Below are positions 9,557 through 19,873 of a stretch of 40,289 nt of DNA, one piece after another. Under the pieces are notes generated by a model. It did no database searches. It had not been told where the DNA came from and worked only from the letters and a program-made list of their open reading frames with translations. The DNA comes from Candidatus Thorarchaeota archaeon. GTDB taxonomy: Archaea > Asgardarchaeota > Thorarchaeia > Thorarchaeales > Thorarchaeaceae. Position 1 is the first letter of the stretch. Each line of letters starts with the position of its first letter. The position numbers were made by a program, and so were the translations under genes. The stretch is taken from the NCBI GenBank assembly GCA_048882045.1, contig JBHLRZ010000029.1, positions 1 through 40,289 on the forward strand, given 5' to 3'.

Positions 9557-10023
9557 ACAAAGTGGAAGGATGGTCATTAGGCGGCATTAACATCTTAGTC
9601 GAGCTTGGACGTGAAGATGACTCAGACATGGATTTGGTTGTAAAGGCTAGTGATATCCAACTTGGATTTGACAAGTCCAGTATCACCATAAAAGAAGACA
9701 GTAATGCAGGAGAAATCCTACATTGGCCAAGTATCAAGATGAGCAACCCAAATCGCAGACAGGAAATCTATGATTCAGCGAAGAATGCACTAGAAACAGC
9801 GGAGAAGGTTGAGGCAAAGAGAATTGGATTCTTCACTACTGCACTCGAAGTAGCGCGACTACCGAGTTGGGAGGTCGCGGAAGAGATAGTCAAAGCAGTA
9901 CATACACATTCGCAGAATGAAAACTGCATAGACTGTGTATTCCTTGTTGCAAGCTCTCCCATACAGCTAAGCTCATTCCAATTTGTACTGAACAATCTCG
10001 CCACTGTGATTCCCAAAGATTGA
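9520..10023 (+). CDS. Divergent macro-domain-like protein (true start probably TTG 9544 or GTG 9562)
   Basis: Collinear with the upstream macro protein (G.EDDSDMDLVVKASD vs GDITELAVDVIANAAN; KNALETAEKVEAKRIGF vs QAALNIASDHNLRSIAF; WEVAEEIVKAV vs EQSAKAIAKGI) but lacks the glycine-rich loops. Confidence 0.7.
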   Translation: MLLQSSRRLSGVDKVEGWSLGGINILVELGREDDSDMDLVVKASDIQLGFDKSSITIKEDSNAGEILHWPSIKMSNPNRRQEIYDSAKNALETAEKVEAKRIGFFTTALEVARLPSWEVAEEIVKAVHTHSQNENCIDCVFLVASSPIQLSSFQFVLNNLATVIPKD

Positions 10024-10029
10024 CCATGA

Positions 10030-11388
10030 CTACATCTTGAGCCTTTTTCTTGCAGCGTCAGCTGATATTACTAAGGGATCCCAAGTGTCACAGATTGCAG
10101 GGGCATAGCAATTCTCAAAGTCGAAGAGTTCTACAGCATCAATATCTTGTTGGATACCCAGTGTAAGGACATTGAGTCTCATAGCTGCATCCTCCTCCCC
10201 TACAAGTTGTCCTCCGACGAGTTTGCCTGTTTCCTTGTTGTAAAATGTCTTCAGTTTTAGTTCCTTACCACCTTTGTAGTAAGGAGGTTTTGTAATGCCC
10301 TTCATTGAACCTTTCACAATGGGAATTTCGAATCGTTTTGCCATATCTTCAGTGAAACCAGTACTTGCAATCTCAAGACCAAACAGCTTTGTCACCTTTG
10401 CACCCACAATTCCTGGGAAAGTCACGTCACCACCAGCTGCATTGATGCCAGCGACTCGGGCTTGTCGAACAGCAATTGTCCCGAGACCTCCAACCATAGG
10501 TTTGCGAGTGATGAACTCATAGTTTTCCGAGCAATCCCCACATGCATAGACTTGATCAAGATTGGTCTGCATTTTCTCATCCGTCTTTATACCTCGAGTT
10601 ACGCCAATTTCAGCCCCTGCCTTCACGGCTAGTTCTGTCACTGGCCGCACGCCAGTCGCTACAACTACAAAGTCTGCAGGGATCGCTGAAACTTCCTCAC
10701 TTTCCCGATTCTGAACAATCACGGTTTCGGGCGAGTCCTTTCCTTTAATCTCTTGAGCCGCTGTGTTATTGAGTATCCTTAGACCATGCTCCTCACAGTG
10801 CTCTTCTACAATAGCAGCCATATCTGAATCCACCATCGCTAGAAGGATGTGAGGGAGAAACTCAACCACTGTAACATCAAGTCCTCGTTCATGAAACGCT
10901 TCTGCAGCCTCCATACCGACAAGACCTCCACCTATGATGACAGCTGTCTTCGCCTTGTCAGCTTCCACAGCAAGTGCCTTTGCATCATCTATTGATCTGA
11001 GACCATAGACTCTGTTTTTATCCAACCCTTTGATTGGTGGGTCAGCGTTTTCAGCCCCTGTCGCGAAAATCAGGGCATCATATGATTGTGTTCCATCAGA
11101 GTGGGTGAGTTCCTTGGCTTTATGATCAATATCTGTTACTGTGACTCCCAAGTTGGCATCTATCTTCAATGCGCCCCAGTTATCCGGAGGCATAAGAACA
11201 AGGTCTTCGAATCCTCCTACCTTTCCAGAGATAGTGTAAGGCAATCCACACCTTGAGTACTGGGAGTATTGTTCTGTATTGAAGAGAGAGATCTCCACTC
11301 TTCTATCGAATTTCCGAGCTTGTAGAGCGGCAGTGGCACCAGCAGCCCCACAACCGATTACTGCAATGCTTTCAACCATTTCTTTCAA
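10030..11388 (-). CDS. FAD-dependent pyridine nucleotide-disulfide oxidoreductase, CoA-disulfide reductase / NADH oxidase family
   Basis: GCGAAG FAD motif, single active Cys in YSRCGLPY, ATG motif, IIGGGLVGMEAAE, VYACGDC, C-terminal CYAPA. Confidence 0.92.
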   Translation of the reverse strand: MKEMVESIAVIGCGAAGATAALQARKFDRRVEISLFNTEQYSQYSRCGLPYTISGKVGGFEDLVLMPPDNWGALKIDANLGVTVTDIDHKAKELTHSDGTQSYDALIFATGAENADPPIKGLDKNRVYGLRSIDDAKALAVEADKAKTAVIIGGGLVGMEAAEAFHERGLDVTVVEFLPHILLAMVDSDMAAIVEEHCEEHGLRILNNTAAQEIKGKDSPETVIVQNRESEEVSAIPADFVVVATGVRPVTELAVKAGAEIGVTRGIKTDEKMQTNLDQVYACGDCSENYEFITRKPMVGGLGTIAVRQARVAGINAAGGDVTFPGIVGAKVTKLFGLEIASTGFTEDMAKRFEIPIVKGSMKGITKPPYYKGGKELKLKTFYNKETGKLVGGQLVGEEDAAMRLNVLTLGIQQDIDAVELFDFENCYAPAICDTWDPLVISADAARKRLKM

Positions 11389-11543
11389 ACCCTGAAAATA
11401 ACCAACTTTCGGGTGTAAATCTACGACTTTAGCCTATCGGTGGATATCCGGCCCAGAATCAATAAAAGGGGTCATGCAATTCAGTACTGAGCGTTACGCT
11501 CGATTTCTCTTGGGGATGTAAGAGAGTACTTGAGCACGATAGT

Positions 11544-14500
11544 TTGGGAGAACTTAATATGTCACCATCGAAAAACAGAGCAAGTCCATTCCGTCCGACT
11601 GTCAAGAGAATGGATGTTGACATTAAGAATGTTCTAATGATCATCACAGTTTCAGTGTTGGTCTTTATGCTTATTATACCAATATCCAGGGACTCTGATC
11701 TAACTATTGTTTCTGAGTTTCAATTAGAAGAACCAAGGAGTCTTTCACAGGACCTTCTTTTCTATAGTCTGCCGGATACAAATATCAGAGTAGCTACCGG
11801 GGAGATTTCGGGATATCGAGGATTTGCTTATGTTATTGAAGAAGAGAGTAGACTGTATTTTGTAGATTTGATCAATGAAGTTACGTTGGATATCGCACTT
11901 CCTGCAGGAGTCAAGGGGAATGGTGCCTATCTTAAGGGATACGATGTTGATCTTGATGGAGATACTGAATTCTTTCTCAGGAATGTTGTTGGTGGTATAA
12001 ATTGGTACATTCTGATGGTTGATATTGATGATGGATTTGTAGCAGAATATCCCATGCCGTTTATTTGGCCTGCACCTATGGGATTTGGGATTTTCAATGG
12101 TGATGCATTCCCTGATGTTCTCGTCCAGAATGTGAACAACAGGGATAATTTCCTAACTTTGGATGTAATAAACAACCTAACAATTGGATTATTCAACGCA
12201 GATTATGCGTTTGTCAATCCAGCTATTGGCCGGTTCACAGGTACTTCATCAGATAGTATTGCCATAGTTAATTCAATGGGGACCTCTGGTCAGAGGAATC
12301 TGACTGTTGTAGAACCAGATGGAACTCAAGTTCAGAATATCCTTCTCACACCTAGCGTTCAAGATATGGTTACATTCGATTACCTAGGAGGATTAGAAGA
12401 AATAGCAACGATTGATAGTAATGGTGACATCGTGGTTTACAATGGTCTTACACTTGGTGTCAACTACACCCAGAATGCAGACCCACTTTCTAGTACAACT
12501 AGGTTTATCGAAACAGGAGACTTCAATGTAGATGCACAAGATGACTTAGTCGTCATCAGCAGAACACAGGAGAAAGCATATTTCAGAGACGGAAATCTCG
12601 GATTTCCAATCAGAGAGGTGGACGGTATCTGGACACATTCTCAAAGAGAGTTCGACGTAGGTCGGATGGATCAAGACAGTACCGATGAGCTTGCTATCGG
12701 AACAACATATGGTGGTTTGGGGATTATCCGTGGTGCTGATGGTAATTTCGCCAATTTGGAATATCTCCTCGATGTTCAAAACGTGGCGCATCAAATCATG
12801 ACATTCGACTATAATGGAGACTCATGGGATGATGTAGTTGTAAGAATCGAGGATGGTGTTTGGATTGTCATAAGTGATGCTACACCACCAATATTGATGC
12901 CTTTACCAATAGATCCGGTTCATCCAACTGTCTTAGATGATTATGTTACTATTGAAGTCGATGTCAGTGAATCGTCATCTATTGAGTATATTGACATTTG
13001 GATGCGATTGCCAGGAAGTAGTGTATGGATGCAACCTCAGGATGAAATGTATTCGTCCAGCACTCCTGGTCTATATTATGCTTTTATTGGAAACCTCCAA
13101 CCGGGAGAGTACGATTATTACGTAAATGTCCAAGACTCCTATCTCAATTTGGGCTCATTGGGTAATGTTACGCATCCTGAGAAATTCTCAGTTTCTGGAA
13201 ACTTTGTCTGGAAGATTGACAAGACAGAAACTGACCACGTACACAAGAGATTCCACCAATCCGATCTCGGAAATGAATCTGATGGTTCGTCTTTGATATA
13301 CACTATTGAGAGAGCTAAAGCAGAATTAGACCTAACTCTCTGGAAGTACTCGGAGGATGGTAGTAAAACAGCTAATCTTACCATTGTCAATCCGGCTGCA
13401 ATTCCGTTTGACAACTTTGCATTATTCACAGCAATGTTGAATGGTGACAATATTCAAGACATCATTGTTTTAGACCTATATTACGACAAGAACTATGTCT
13501 TTAGATATCATGCGTATGATGGAAATAGCTTTTCTCTCATCGATAACGGAACAATCCCATTCGCGTACAAGAGCTTCAACTACATGGGAGTTTTCGATGA
13601 TGATGGAGATGGCTACGAAGAACTCTTCATAGCTTCAGATACGCAACCATACAATCTCATTAAGATGGACTCTGATCTAACTTGGACAAGCGTGGATCTT
13701 CCCAACAGTGGTGACAATAGGTATGGAGTCAGAGGGTTTACAGTAATCACTGATTCTCCAACAGGATACATTGGTGTCGTTCGAGGGGACATTGAGATTG
13801 ACATCCTCTCTACCGACCTGGTCTATTCACACTCGTTGGACATAGATCTGAGTGCTTATGGAAACATAGAATTCGGTGGCATCAACAAGATGTTCAATGC
13901 CACATTAGGTAAAGAGCAGTTTGTAGCCAGTTACACCTATTGGGATGCGTCTGATCCAACAGGGAGGGTCTATGTCTTCGACAGTGAAACCACGAATGTG
14001 AACAACACACCTGTGTATCAGCTAGATCATCAGTACATCACATACTTTTATCCAGTAGATGCAACAGGTGATGGCATTGATGATTTGTTCATCAAATTGC
14101 CAAATGATCTGTTGTTGGCAGAGTTTGGTTCCTCCTTGATTACTAGATGGACCACACCAATCACAGGTGCCACTCCACTCAGTGCAACCGTGGCTGACTT
14201 TGATGGCGATGCAATGGATGAATTTATCCTCTTCACAGATCAGGATGAGATACTAAGTCAGGTTTCGTTCACAGGTGTAGTTGAGTGGATTATGGTAGTG
14301 GGTGAAGTGTACAATCCGCTGGTTTTAGGTAATATTGAGCAGACTCCCGGTGTGGAGATTGCAGCATATCCGTTTGCCACGGTCACAAGCTATACTATTG
14401 GAGCAATCCGGAATCTCGATAGTCAGTATGTTCTTGATGTGTTTGTTGAATACGGTTCTGCAGACATCGTTCAGGGAGACCCCTTCTGGGCGAATGTGAC

Positions 14501-16502
14501 TGTTGCCAACATCTATGGCGAAATCATTGATGATAGCTCAGTCTACATGAGTGCCCATCACATCTCTAACGAAGGACCTATCGTTGACACATTCGGATTC
14601 TACTTTGATTGGCCCTCGATGAAATACAGAGCTGTGACCGATGCTACTTGGCCAATTGGTATCGCAAACTTAAGCGTATCAATTGACCACGACTACTATC
14701 ATCCATATGAGCACACATTTGTAGACGCAGTGACCATCAAGAGTCAATTGCATGTAGCAATAGATGCACCACCGTTTGTGAACCAAGGAGACAACATGAG
14801 TATAGTTGTCTGGGTGTTAGACAACCTTGATGGAATTGTTGAAGATGCCACGGTATCAATAACACTTGATGGAGTTGGTCAAGCAGCAACTCAATCTGGT
14901 CCATTCTATGTGGTTGATTACCCAGAGGTTCAGATTGATGCAGGATTTCATCTCGCTTCGGCAACTGCAGTACATCCATTTGGATTGAGCACTGGAACTG
15001 GCGAAAGGCCAATTTCGGTTCAAATCCCTTCAGAATCTTTGATTGTAAGCACGGACTTTCCAGACACTGTTTTTCAGGATGAAAGGGTGTCAGCTTGGTT
15101 CAATATAACTGATCAGTACGATGCCCCTATGGAAGGAGCTATAGTGACATTAGTCAGTGGCCCAAGGGGATTCGAGCTTGTTGAAAGTTCTGTACCGGGA
15201 TGTTACTCTTTCGAACGTCTAATGAATCTGGAACTAGGTAACCAGACCTTCGAACTGAGGATTAACTTACCGAATATCGTTGGTGGCATCATATCAGAGA
15301 TCGAATTCGATGTCATGGGAGATTTAGACTTCTTTGTAACATTCAGTCCAGAGGAACCAGTACAAGGACAACCGCTATTCGTGTCCGTTGTAGCAGTTGA
15401 CGGACTTGGTAAACCAGTTCCAGATCTTGAGCTATATGTGCACTTGATGAATCTACCACCTTTGCAGGGATATCCCGGAGATCAGCTCGGTGAATATGTC
15501 GCCATGATTGAGCATATCCCTCTGACTGAGGGGTATGGCCTTTTCAATGTCACAATAGAAGCGGTAGGACAATATGCATTGATGTCAACCTCCATGGTGC
15601 AAGTCAATATTGCACCAGCAACCCCAGATTTCTCAATGATATCTACTGATACAATTGGACTTGGAGCTGGAGCTTCCTTCCTCCTGAGTATGATTGGAAT
15701 GGTCATATATTTCAGAATGTCAGCTTCCATGCGTGTGGACGATGAATCCGAAGAGAAACTCAAAAAAACAGTTCGAAACATGGACCGATTATATCTCGTT
15801 ATTGTGATTGCTAGTGGTTTCGGCCTGGTTTCGTCTTATGGAATGTATCAGTCTGGAGAGTACGGTCTAGCGCTCATACTCACAGTCGCCTTACTCGGAG
15901 CTTCTGTCCTCCTGTATGGTCTCTGGTTGTACAGAGATGCCATGTCAGCAGTCCTCGTTCACAGAAGACTAAGTAGAAAGAGGATGATTATGGGTCTCTG
16001 GCACTTGGTGTTTGTCCCAGTAGTTATCGTTTTGATACTTCTCTATGGAGAGGGAATCAACTGGTTCAAAGCCTTCATCATAGACCAGACGTATACTTTC
16101 GGAGACATTGTCATTCCAACAATTATGACCACTATCTTCACAGCGTATCTATCATCTATCTTGGTCGTTGTAGTGAATCTCTATAGAGAGGTGAGTAAAG
16201 GACTCAAGAAATTAACAAAGATGGAAGAAGCAGGTACTCCTGAAAGCATAGTGCAAGATGAAAAGACCTCAATGGTTAGAAGGTTCAGCTCATCAATCAG
16301 AATCAAGTTCTTAATGTTCCTTGTAGTAGTAGGAGCTACTACTGTTATGAGCATGGACTTCCTTGCAAGCTGGGAACTCGGAATAATCATCCTCCTTCCT
16401 GTTGCCTTCTTGGTGGTGATACCGTTCATCTCATCCAAGATCATCCAGGTCCTTAGCAAGATGTCAAAGGGAAAGATACCAACTGCACCTGTTGAACCAT
16501 GA
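11544..16502 (+). CDS. Large cell-surface protein: signal anchor, two FG-GAP/VCBS-like repeat clusters, Ig-like stalk, C-terminal ~7-TM domain (start may be ATG 11559 or 11610)
   Basis: Repeated DxD/NxDG..D motifs (DVDLDGDTEF, GIFNGDAFPDVL, GDFNVDAQDDLV, DYNGDSWDDVV, DDDGDGYEELF, DATGDGIDDLF, DFDGDAMDEF); Ig-like units (QGDPFWANVTV, QGDNMSIVVWV, QDERVSAWFNI, QGQPLFVSVVA); hydrophobic C-terminus. Confidence 0.88.
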   Translation: MGELNMSPSKNRASPFRPTVKRMDVDIKNVLMIITVSVLVFMLIIPISRDSDLTIVSEFQLEEPRSLSQDLLFYSLPDTNIRVATGEISGYRGFAYVIEEESRLYFVDLINEVTLDIALPAGVKGNGAYLKGYDVDLDGDTEFFLRNVVGGINWYILMVDIDDGFVAEYPMPFIWPAPMGFGIFNGDAFPDVLVQNVNNRDNFLTLDVINNLTIGLFNADYAFVNPAIGRFTGTSSDSIAIVNSMGTSGQRNLTVVEPDGTQVQNILLTPSVQDMVTFDYLGGLEEIATIDSNGDIVVYNGLTLGVNYTQNADPLSSTTRFIETGDFNVDAQDDLVVISRTQEKAYFRDGNLGFPIREVDGIWTHSQREFDVGRMDQDSTDELAIGTTYGGLGIIRGADGNFANLEYLLDVQNVAHQIMTFDYNGDSWDDVVVRIEDGVWIVISDATPPILMPLPIDPVHPTVLDDYVTIEVDVSESSSIEYIDIWMRLPGSSVWMQPQDEMYSSSTPGLYYAFIGNLQPGEYDYYVNVQDSYLNLGSLGNVTHPEKFSVSGNFVWKIDKTETDHVHKRFHQSDLGNESDGSSLIYTIERAKAELDLTLWKYSEDGSKTANLTIVNPAAIPFDNFALFTAMLNGDNIQDIIVLDLYYDKNYVFRYHAYDGNSFSLIDNGTIPFAYKSFNYMGVFDDDGDGYEELFIASDTQPYNLIKMDSDLTWTSVDLPNSGDNRYGVRGFTVITDSPTGYIGVVRGDIEIDILSTDLVYSHSLDIDLSAYGNIEFGGINKMFNATLGKEQFVASYTYWDASDPTGRVYVFDSETTNVNNTPVYQLDHQYITYFYPVDATGDGIDDLFIKLPNDLLLAEFGSSLITRWTTPITGATPLSATVADFDGDAMDEFILFTDQDEILSQVSFTGVVEWIMVVGEVYNPLVLGNIEQTPGVEIAAYPFATVTSYTIGAIRNLDSQYVLDVFVEYGSADIVQGDPFWANVTVANIYGEIIDDSSVYMSAHHISNEGPIVDTFGFYFDWPSMKYRAVTDATWPIGIANLSVSIDHDYYHPYEHTFVDAVTIKSQLHVAIDAPPFVNQGDNMSIVVWVLDNLDGIVEDATVSITLDGVGQAATQSGPFYVVDYPEVQIDAGFHLASATAVHPFGLSTGTGERPISVQIPSESLIVSTDFPDTVFQDERVSAWFNITDQYDAPMEGAIVTLVSGPRGFELVESSVPGCYSFERLMNLELGNQTFELRINLPNIVGGIISEIEFDVMGDLDFFVTFSPEEPVQGQPLFVSVVAVDGLGKPVPDLELYVHLMNLPPLQGYPGDQLGEYVAMIEHIPLTEGYGLFNVTIEAVGQYALMSTSMVQVNIAPATPDFSMISTDTIGLGAGASFLLSMIGMVIYFRMSASMRVDDESEEKLKKTVRNMDRLYLVIVIASGFGLVSSYGMYQSGEYGLALILTVALLGASVLLYGLWLYRDAMSAVLVHRRLSRKRMIMGLWHLVFVPVVIVLILLYGEGINWFKAFIIDQTYTFGDIVIPTIMTTIFTAYLSSILVVVVNLYREVSKGLKKLTKMEEAGTPESIVQDEKTSMVRRFSSSIRIKFLMFLVVVGATTVMSMDFLASWELGIIILLPVAFLVVIPFISSKIIQVLSKMSKGKIPTAPVEP

Positions 16503-16521
16503 TTGTGAGAAATAGAAATTG

Positions 16522-16555
16522 AATAGGTGACCTGATTATCAGGCCACCCATTTTT
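16522..16555. terminator. Stem-loop + T-tract between convergent genes
   Basis: ggtg-a-cctga[tta]tcagg-c-cacc followed by cattttt. Confidence 0.6.
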
Positions 16556-16571
16556 CAGCTATGACGAGATA

Positions 16572-18104
16572 TCATTCATCTTCCGAATACTCTTCGTCGT
16601 CTGAAAAGTCAGTCTCTTCATCAGAGTCCTCATCAGGTTCAGTTGTTTCCTGAATATCAGTCGGTTCGTCCTCATACTCTGGTTCTTCGACCTCTTCCAC
16701 TTCAGCTTCGTCTGCATCCTCTGTTTCTTTGGATTCAGCTTCAGCCTCTGCCGCTGCCTCCTCTTCAGTAGGCAACATCTTCTTTCCATCTTCTTGGTCG
16801 GCAACGAACTTTTCGATCTGAGCCTTCCTATTGACGTAAAGTGCTATGATGAGTGCGAGTGACATTGCAGCTCCTATGAGTGTGATGGAGGTCTGCCATT
16901 GACTCGAACTATCTCCAAGCAACTGCTGCCAAGTGATAACAAGAAATGCAAGACCTGCTACGTTGAAAACAAAGCTGCGGAGAGGAGTCCCGACCTTGGT
17001 AATCTCTGTCACCTCAGTATCCACCATTGCTGCAGCAATCACACCAGCATTATACTGGGTGGATTTTGTCTTCTTAGCTAGGGTCTTCACATCAGAGGCT
17101 TTCTTCTTGCCCATCCATCTGATAGCTGCTGGAACCTTTTCAGCTAAGACATTGGCATACTCAGTGCGGGCATCCTCTCGGGTGAAGTTGCACTTTTTAC
17201 ACATGTCTAATTTTTTGTTCCAGTTTCTTTTGCAGTTGGGACATTTTTCACCTGGCCAAGCATCTGGAGCTACTTCACGTAGTCTCTGGCGGACAATATA
17301 TTCACTGACTCCGCTGTCTTCTCTTCCTTCCTTCTTCTTTTTCTTCATTGCATCTAACATTGAAAACAAGAGAGGTAACGAACTGAGTACGGTAAGGTTC
17401 GGCAATGAACGAATCTCAGATGCTTTCTTATGAATACCTCTCAATTTGTAAGCGGTCTTCAGACCGTCCCAGAGAGACCAGATACTCTGCCCGACTCCAG
17501 TTACTGCACCAAAAGTAGCAACAATAGCAGAAATTCCAGTGACTGATGTTATTACATTGTAGGGATCTGCTGGAATGAGGAATGAAAATGTATGTTGGAC
17601 AATATGGAGTGTAGTATCACCCAATATGTAGTATCTGAAGTCAACAGTTGCTTCAAATATACCTGTAGCGAGGTTTATTGGTTCAAACACTGTCATCATT
17701 TGTGAGAAATCTAGTGAAGCAGTCATATTCTGGATACTAAGGCTTGGATCTACTATGACCCATATAGATTCCGTTACTTCATCAATTATCTGAATTGGGA
17801 ATAACGCTATTCCTTGATACCAGAAAGTGATTGTGCCACTCATATTCAGATTTTCCGTTCCAGTTGCATCAATTTGCAAGTCTAGAGTCATGTTTGCATC
17901 CATGTTTATTGTGATGGGATTGTCGATATCATAATCTTTCAAGTTATTGCCATCCAGTGCTGCATAAACATACAGACGATCGTCATGTATGTAATCGTCT
18001 GGAAAGCTCTGAGCATCAACATATGTTGCATAGCTTCCGACCATTATGACCAAGAACAATACCATGAATCCAAAGAACAGTAGGCGTGAAGGTGAGCGTT
18101 TCAT
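16572..18104 (-). CDS. Membrane protein with extracellular beta domain, Zn-ribbon, additional TMs and acidic C-terminal tail
   Basis: N-terminal anchor, beta-rich domain, TM near VITSVTGISAIVATFGAV, CPNC-x10-CKKC, two C-terminal TMs, about 65-aa D/E-rich tail. Confidence 0.8.
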   Translation of the reverse strand: MKRSPSRLLFFGFMVLFLVIMVGSYATYVDAQSFPDDYIHDDRLYVYAALDGNNLKDYDIDNPITINMDANMTLDLQIDATGTENLNMSGTITFWYQGIALFPIQIIDEVTESIWVIVDPSLSIQNMTASLDFSQMMTVFEPINLATGIFEATVDFRYYILGDTTLHIVQHTFSFLIPADPYNVITSVTGISAIVATFGAVTGVGQSIWSLWDGLKTAYKLRGIHKKASEIRSLPNLTVLSSLPLLFSMLDAMKKKKKEGREDSGVSEYIVRQRLREVAPDAWPGEKCPNCKRNWNKKLDMCKKCNFTREDARTEYANVLAEKVPAAIRWMGKKKASDVKTLAKKTKSTQYNAGVIAAAMVDTEVTEITKVGTPLRSFVFNVAGLAFLVITWQQLLGDSSSQWQTSITLIGAAMSLALIIALYVNRKAQIEKFVADQEDGKKMLPTEEEAAAEAEAESKETEDADEAEVEEVEEPEYEDEPTDIQETTEPDEDSDEETDFSDDEEYSEDE

Positions 18105-18177
18105 AAATCATCCATCTCCGACTATTACGCTTAGAAATTACGAGAGTCTTACTTATCTTAAAGGATTTTGTCATGTG

Positions 18178-18591
18178 CTATTCAGCAGCTTGAGGACTTG
18201 GTTCTCTTGTTCCACGAATCATATCAGCCACTTTTCTCGCGACAACCTTGAATCCTTCACTCTTTCGAATGACACCCTTAGCACCAGCCTCAGCAGCTTG
18301 TTTAGCAGACTCGGGGTCAAAATAAGCTGTGAGAAGGTGAACATTCCGAACTCCAATCTCTGAGAGCTTTCGTGTGCATTCAAGTCCGTTCATATCAGGC
18401 ATCTTCAGGTCCATCAGGACGATATCTGGAGTTCTCCCCTGTTCCAGGAATTTTGAAGCCTTGTCAATTGCATCCTGCCCAGTCATGGCTGATACCAGCT
18501 CGAAATCATCGAGAAAACGCCTCAGATAGACAAGTAAAACCTCATGTATTGCTTTTTCATCGTCTACAACGAGTATCTGAAACGTCAACAT
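18178..18591 (-). CDS. Stand-alone response regulator receiver (CheY-like)
   Basis: ILVVDDE, PDIVLMDLKMPDMNG (phospho-Asp), LLTAY, GAKGVIRKS; GGTGAG SD. Confidence 0.93.
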   Translation of the reverse strand: MLTFQILVVDDEKAIHEVLLVYLRRFLDDFELVSAMTGQDAIDKASKFLEQGRTPDIVLMDLKMPDMNGLECTRKLSEIGVRNVHLLTAYFDPESAKQAAEAGAKGVIRKSEGFKVVARKVADMIRGTREPSPQAAE

Positions 18592-18741
18592 CTCTCACCA
18601 TCCTGATTGTGCAAAATCTGTTTCTTTGCACCTTATCAATGGTGTGATTAAAACACTTCAACATTGGTATTTAATTGAAGAATTAGGCAAATCGAGAATC
18701 TATTTATCCTAGAGAACCTATCTATCGACAGTTGATTTCAT

Positions 18742-19827
18742 ATGCCATTTGAGAGGATGCCACTGGAAATCTGGTTTGATGAATACCAGTTTGAAGTTGA
18801 GTGTGATATAGGCGAGTCAGGAATGAAGTTCTTCACACTCAAAGATCTTGATGTCAATCTTGATAACGTGGACTTGAGATATGGATATCATCTTGGACAT
18901 CCAGATCTTAGGTCCGAGATTGCTAAACAATATGATGGTCGGAATGTTGACAATGTAGCTGTTACTACTGGGGCTAGTGAGTCAAACTTCAGTGTTATTG
19001 CACATCTTGTTGGACCGAAAGACCATATGATAATTGAACACCCAACATATCCCTCACTTTACCAGGTAGCAAGGTCTCTTGGAAAGAGTCATTCATTGTT
19101 TCATACAAAATGGGAGGAGGACTTTAGCCCAAACATGGATGAATTGAGACAGCTTGTCAAACCCAACACCAAGCTAATAACATTGACTCATCCAGGGAAT
19201 CCTACTGGGGCAACCATCACAGAAGATGAAATCAAAGAAGCAATCGAGATAGCAGAAGATGTAGGCGCATACCTGATGCTTGATGAAACCTATCGAGACA
19301 TGATGTTTGAAGACCCACCTCCGTTAGCTGCTACGATGAGCCCAAATGCAATAAGTCTTACAAGCATGTCCAAGACCTGGGGGGTCCCAGGAATCAGGAT
19401 TGGTTGGGCAGTCGGAGATGAGTCGATCATTCATGCCATCAGAGCTATCAGGGAACAGATCACGATCTGCAACTCATCTCTTGGAGAAACGATTGCCAAA
19501 GAGATTCTAAAGAAGAAGGACAAGATGCTCCCGATGATTCGAAAGGCAATGCTATCCAATTTCAGGATAGTTGAGGATTGGATGAACTCTCAGAATTGGC
19601 TGGAATGGGTCGAACCGAAAAGTGGCGTAGTTTGTGCTCCAAGGCTGAAACGTGGAGGTAGTACAGATGAACTCTGTAAACTCCTCGTAACAAAGTACAA
19701 GACATTCACTGTTCCAGGTTCAGCAATGGAACTTGAAGGTCACTTCAGACTTGGATTTGGTGGAGAACAAGAAGAGCTAATCGAAGGTCTGGAAAGACTG
19801 GGGAAGGCTCTCAAAGAGATTCATTAG
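18742..19827 (+). CDS. PLP-dependent aminotransferase class I/II
   Basis: TTGASE, HPGNPTG, LDETY, SMSKTWGVPGIRIGW (PLP Lys), FRLGF. Confidence 0.93.
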   Translation: MPFERMPLEIWFDEYQFEVECDIGESGMKFFTLKDLDVNLDNVDLRYGYHLGHPDLRSEIAKQYDGRNVDNVAVTTGASESNFSVIAHLVGPKDHMIIEHPTYPSLYQVARSLGKSHSLFHTKWEEDFSPNMDELRQLVKPNTKLITLTHPGNPTGATITEDEIKEAIEIAEDVGAYLMLDETYRDMMFEDPPPLAATMSPNAISLTSMSKTWGVPGIRIGWAVGDESIIHAIRAIREQITICNSSLGETIAKEILKKKDKMLPMIRKAMLSNFRIVEDWMNSQNWLEWVEPKSGVVCAPRLKRGGSTDELCKLLVTKYKTFTVPGSAMELEGHFRLGFGGEQEELIEGLERLGKALKEIH

Positions 19828-19873
19828 TGTGGAGTTCTTTAATGGTTATCAGAACGCATTCTTGGTTGTGTGC

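Noticed and set aside
10030-11388. CoA-disulfide reductase as the NSR-like partner or input module of the respiratory complex
   Set aside because: It lies about 16 kb away in a separate transcription unit, with no sequence evidence of linkage.
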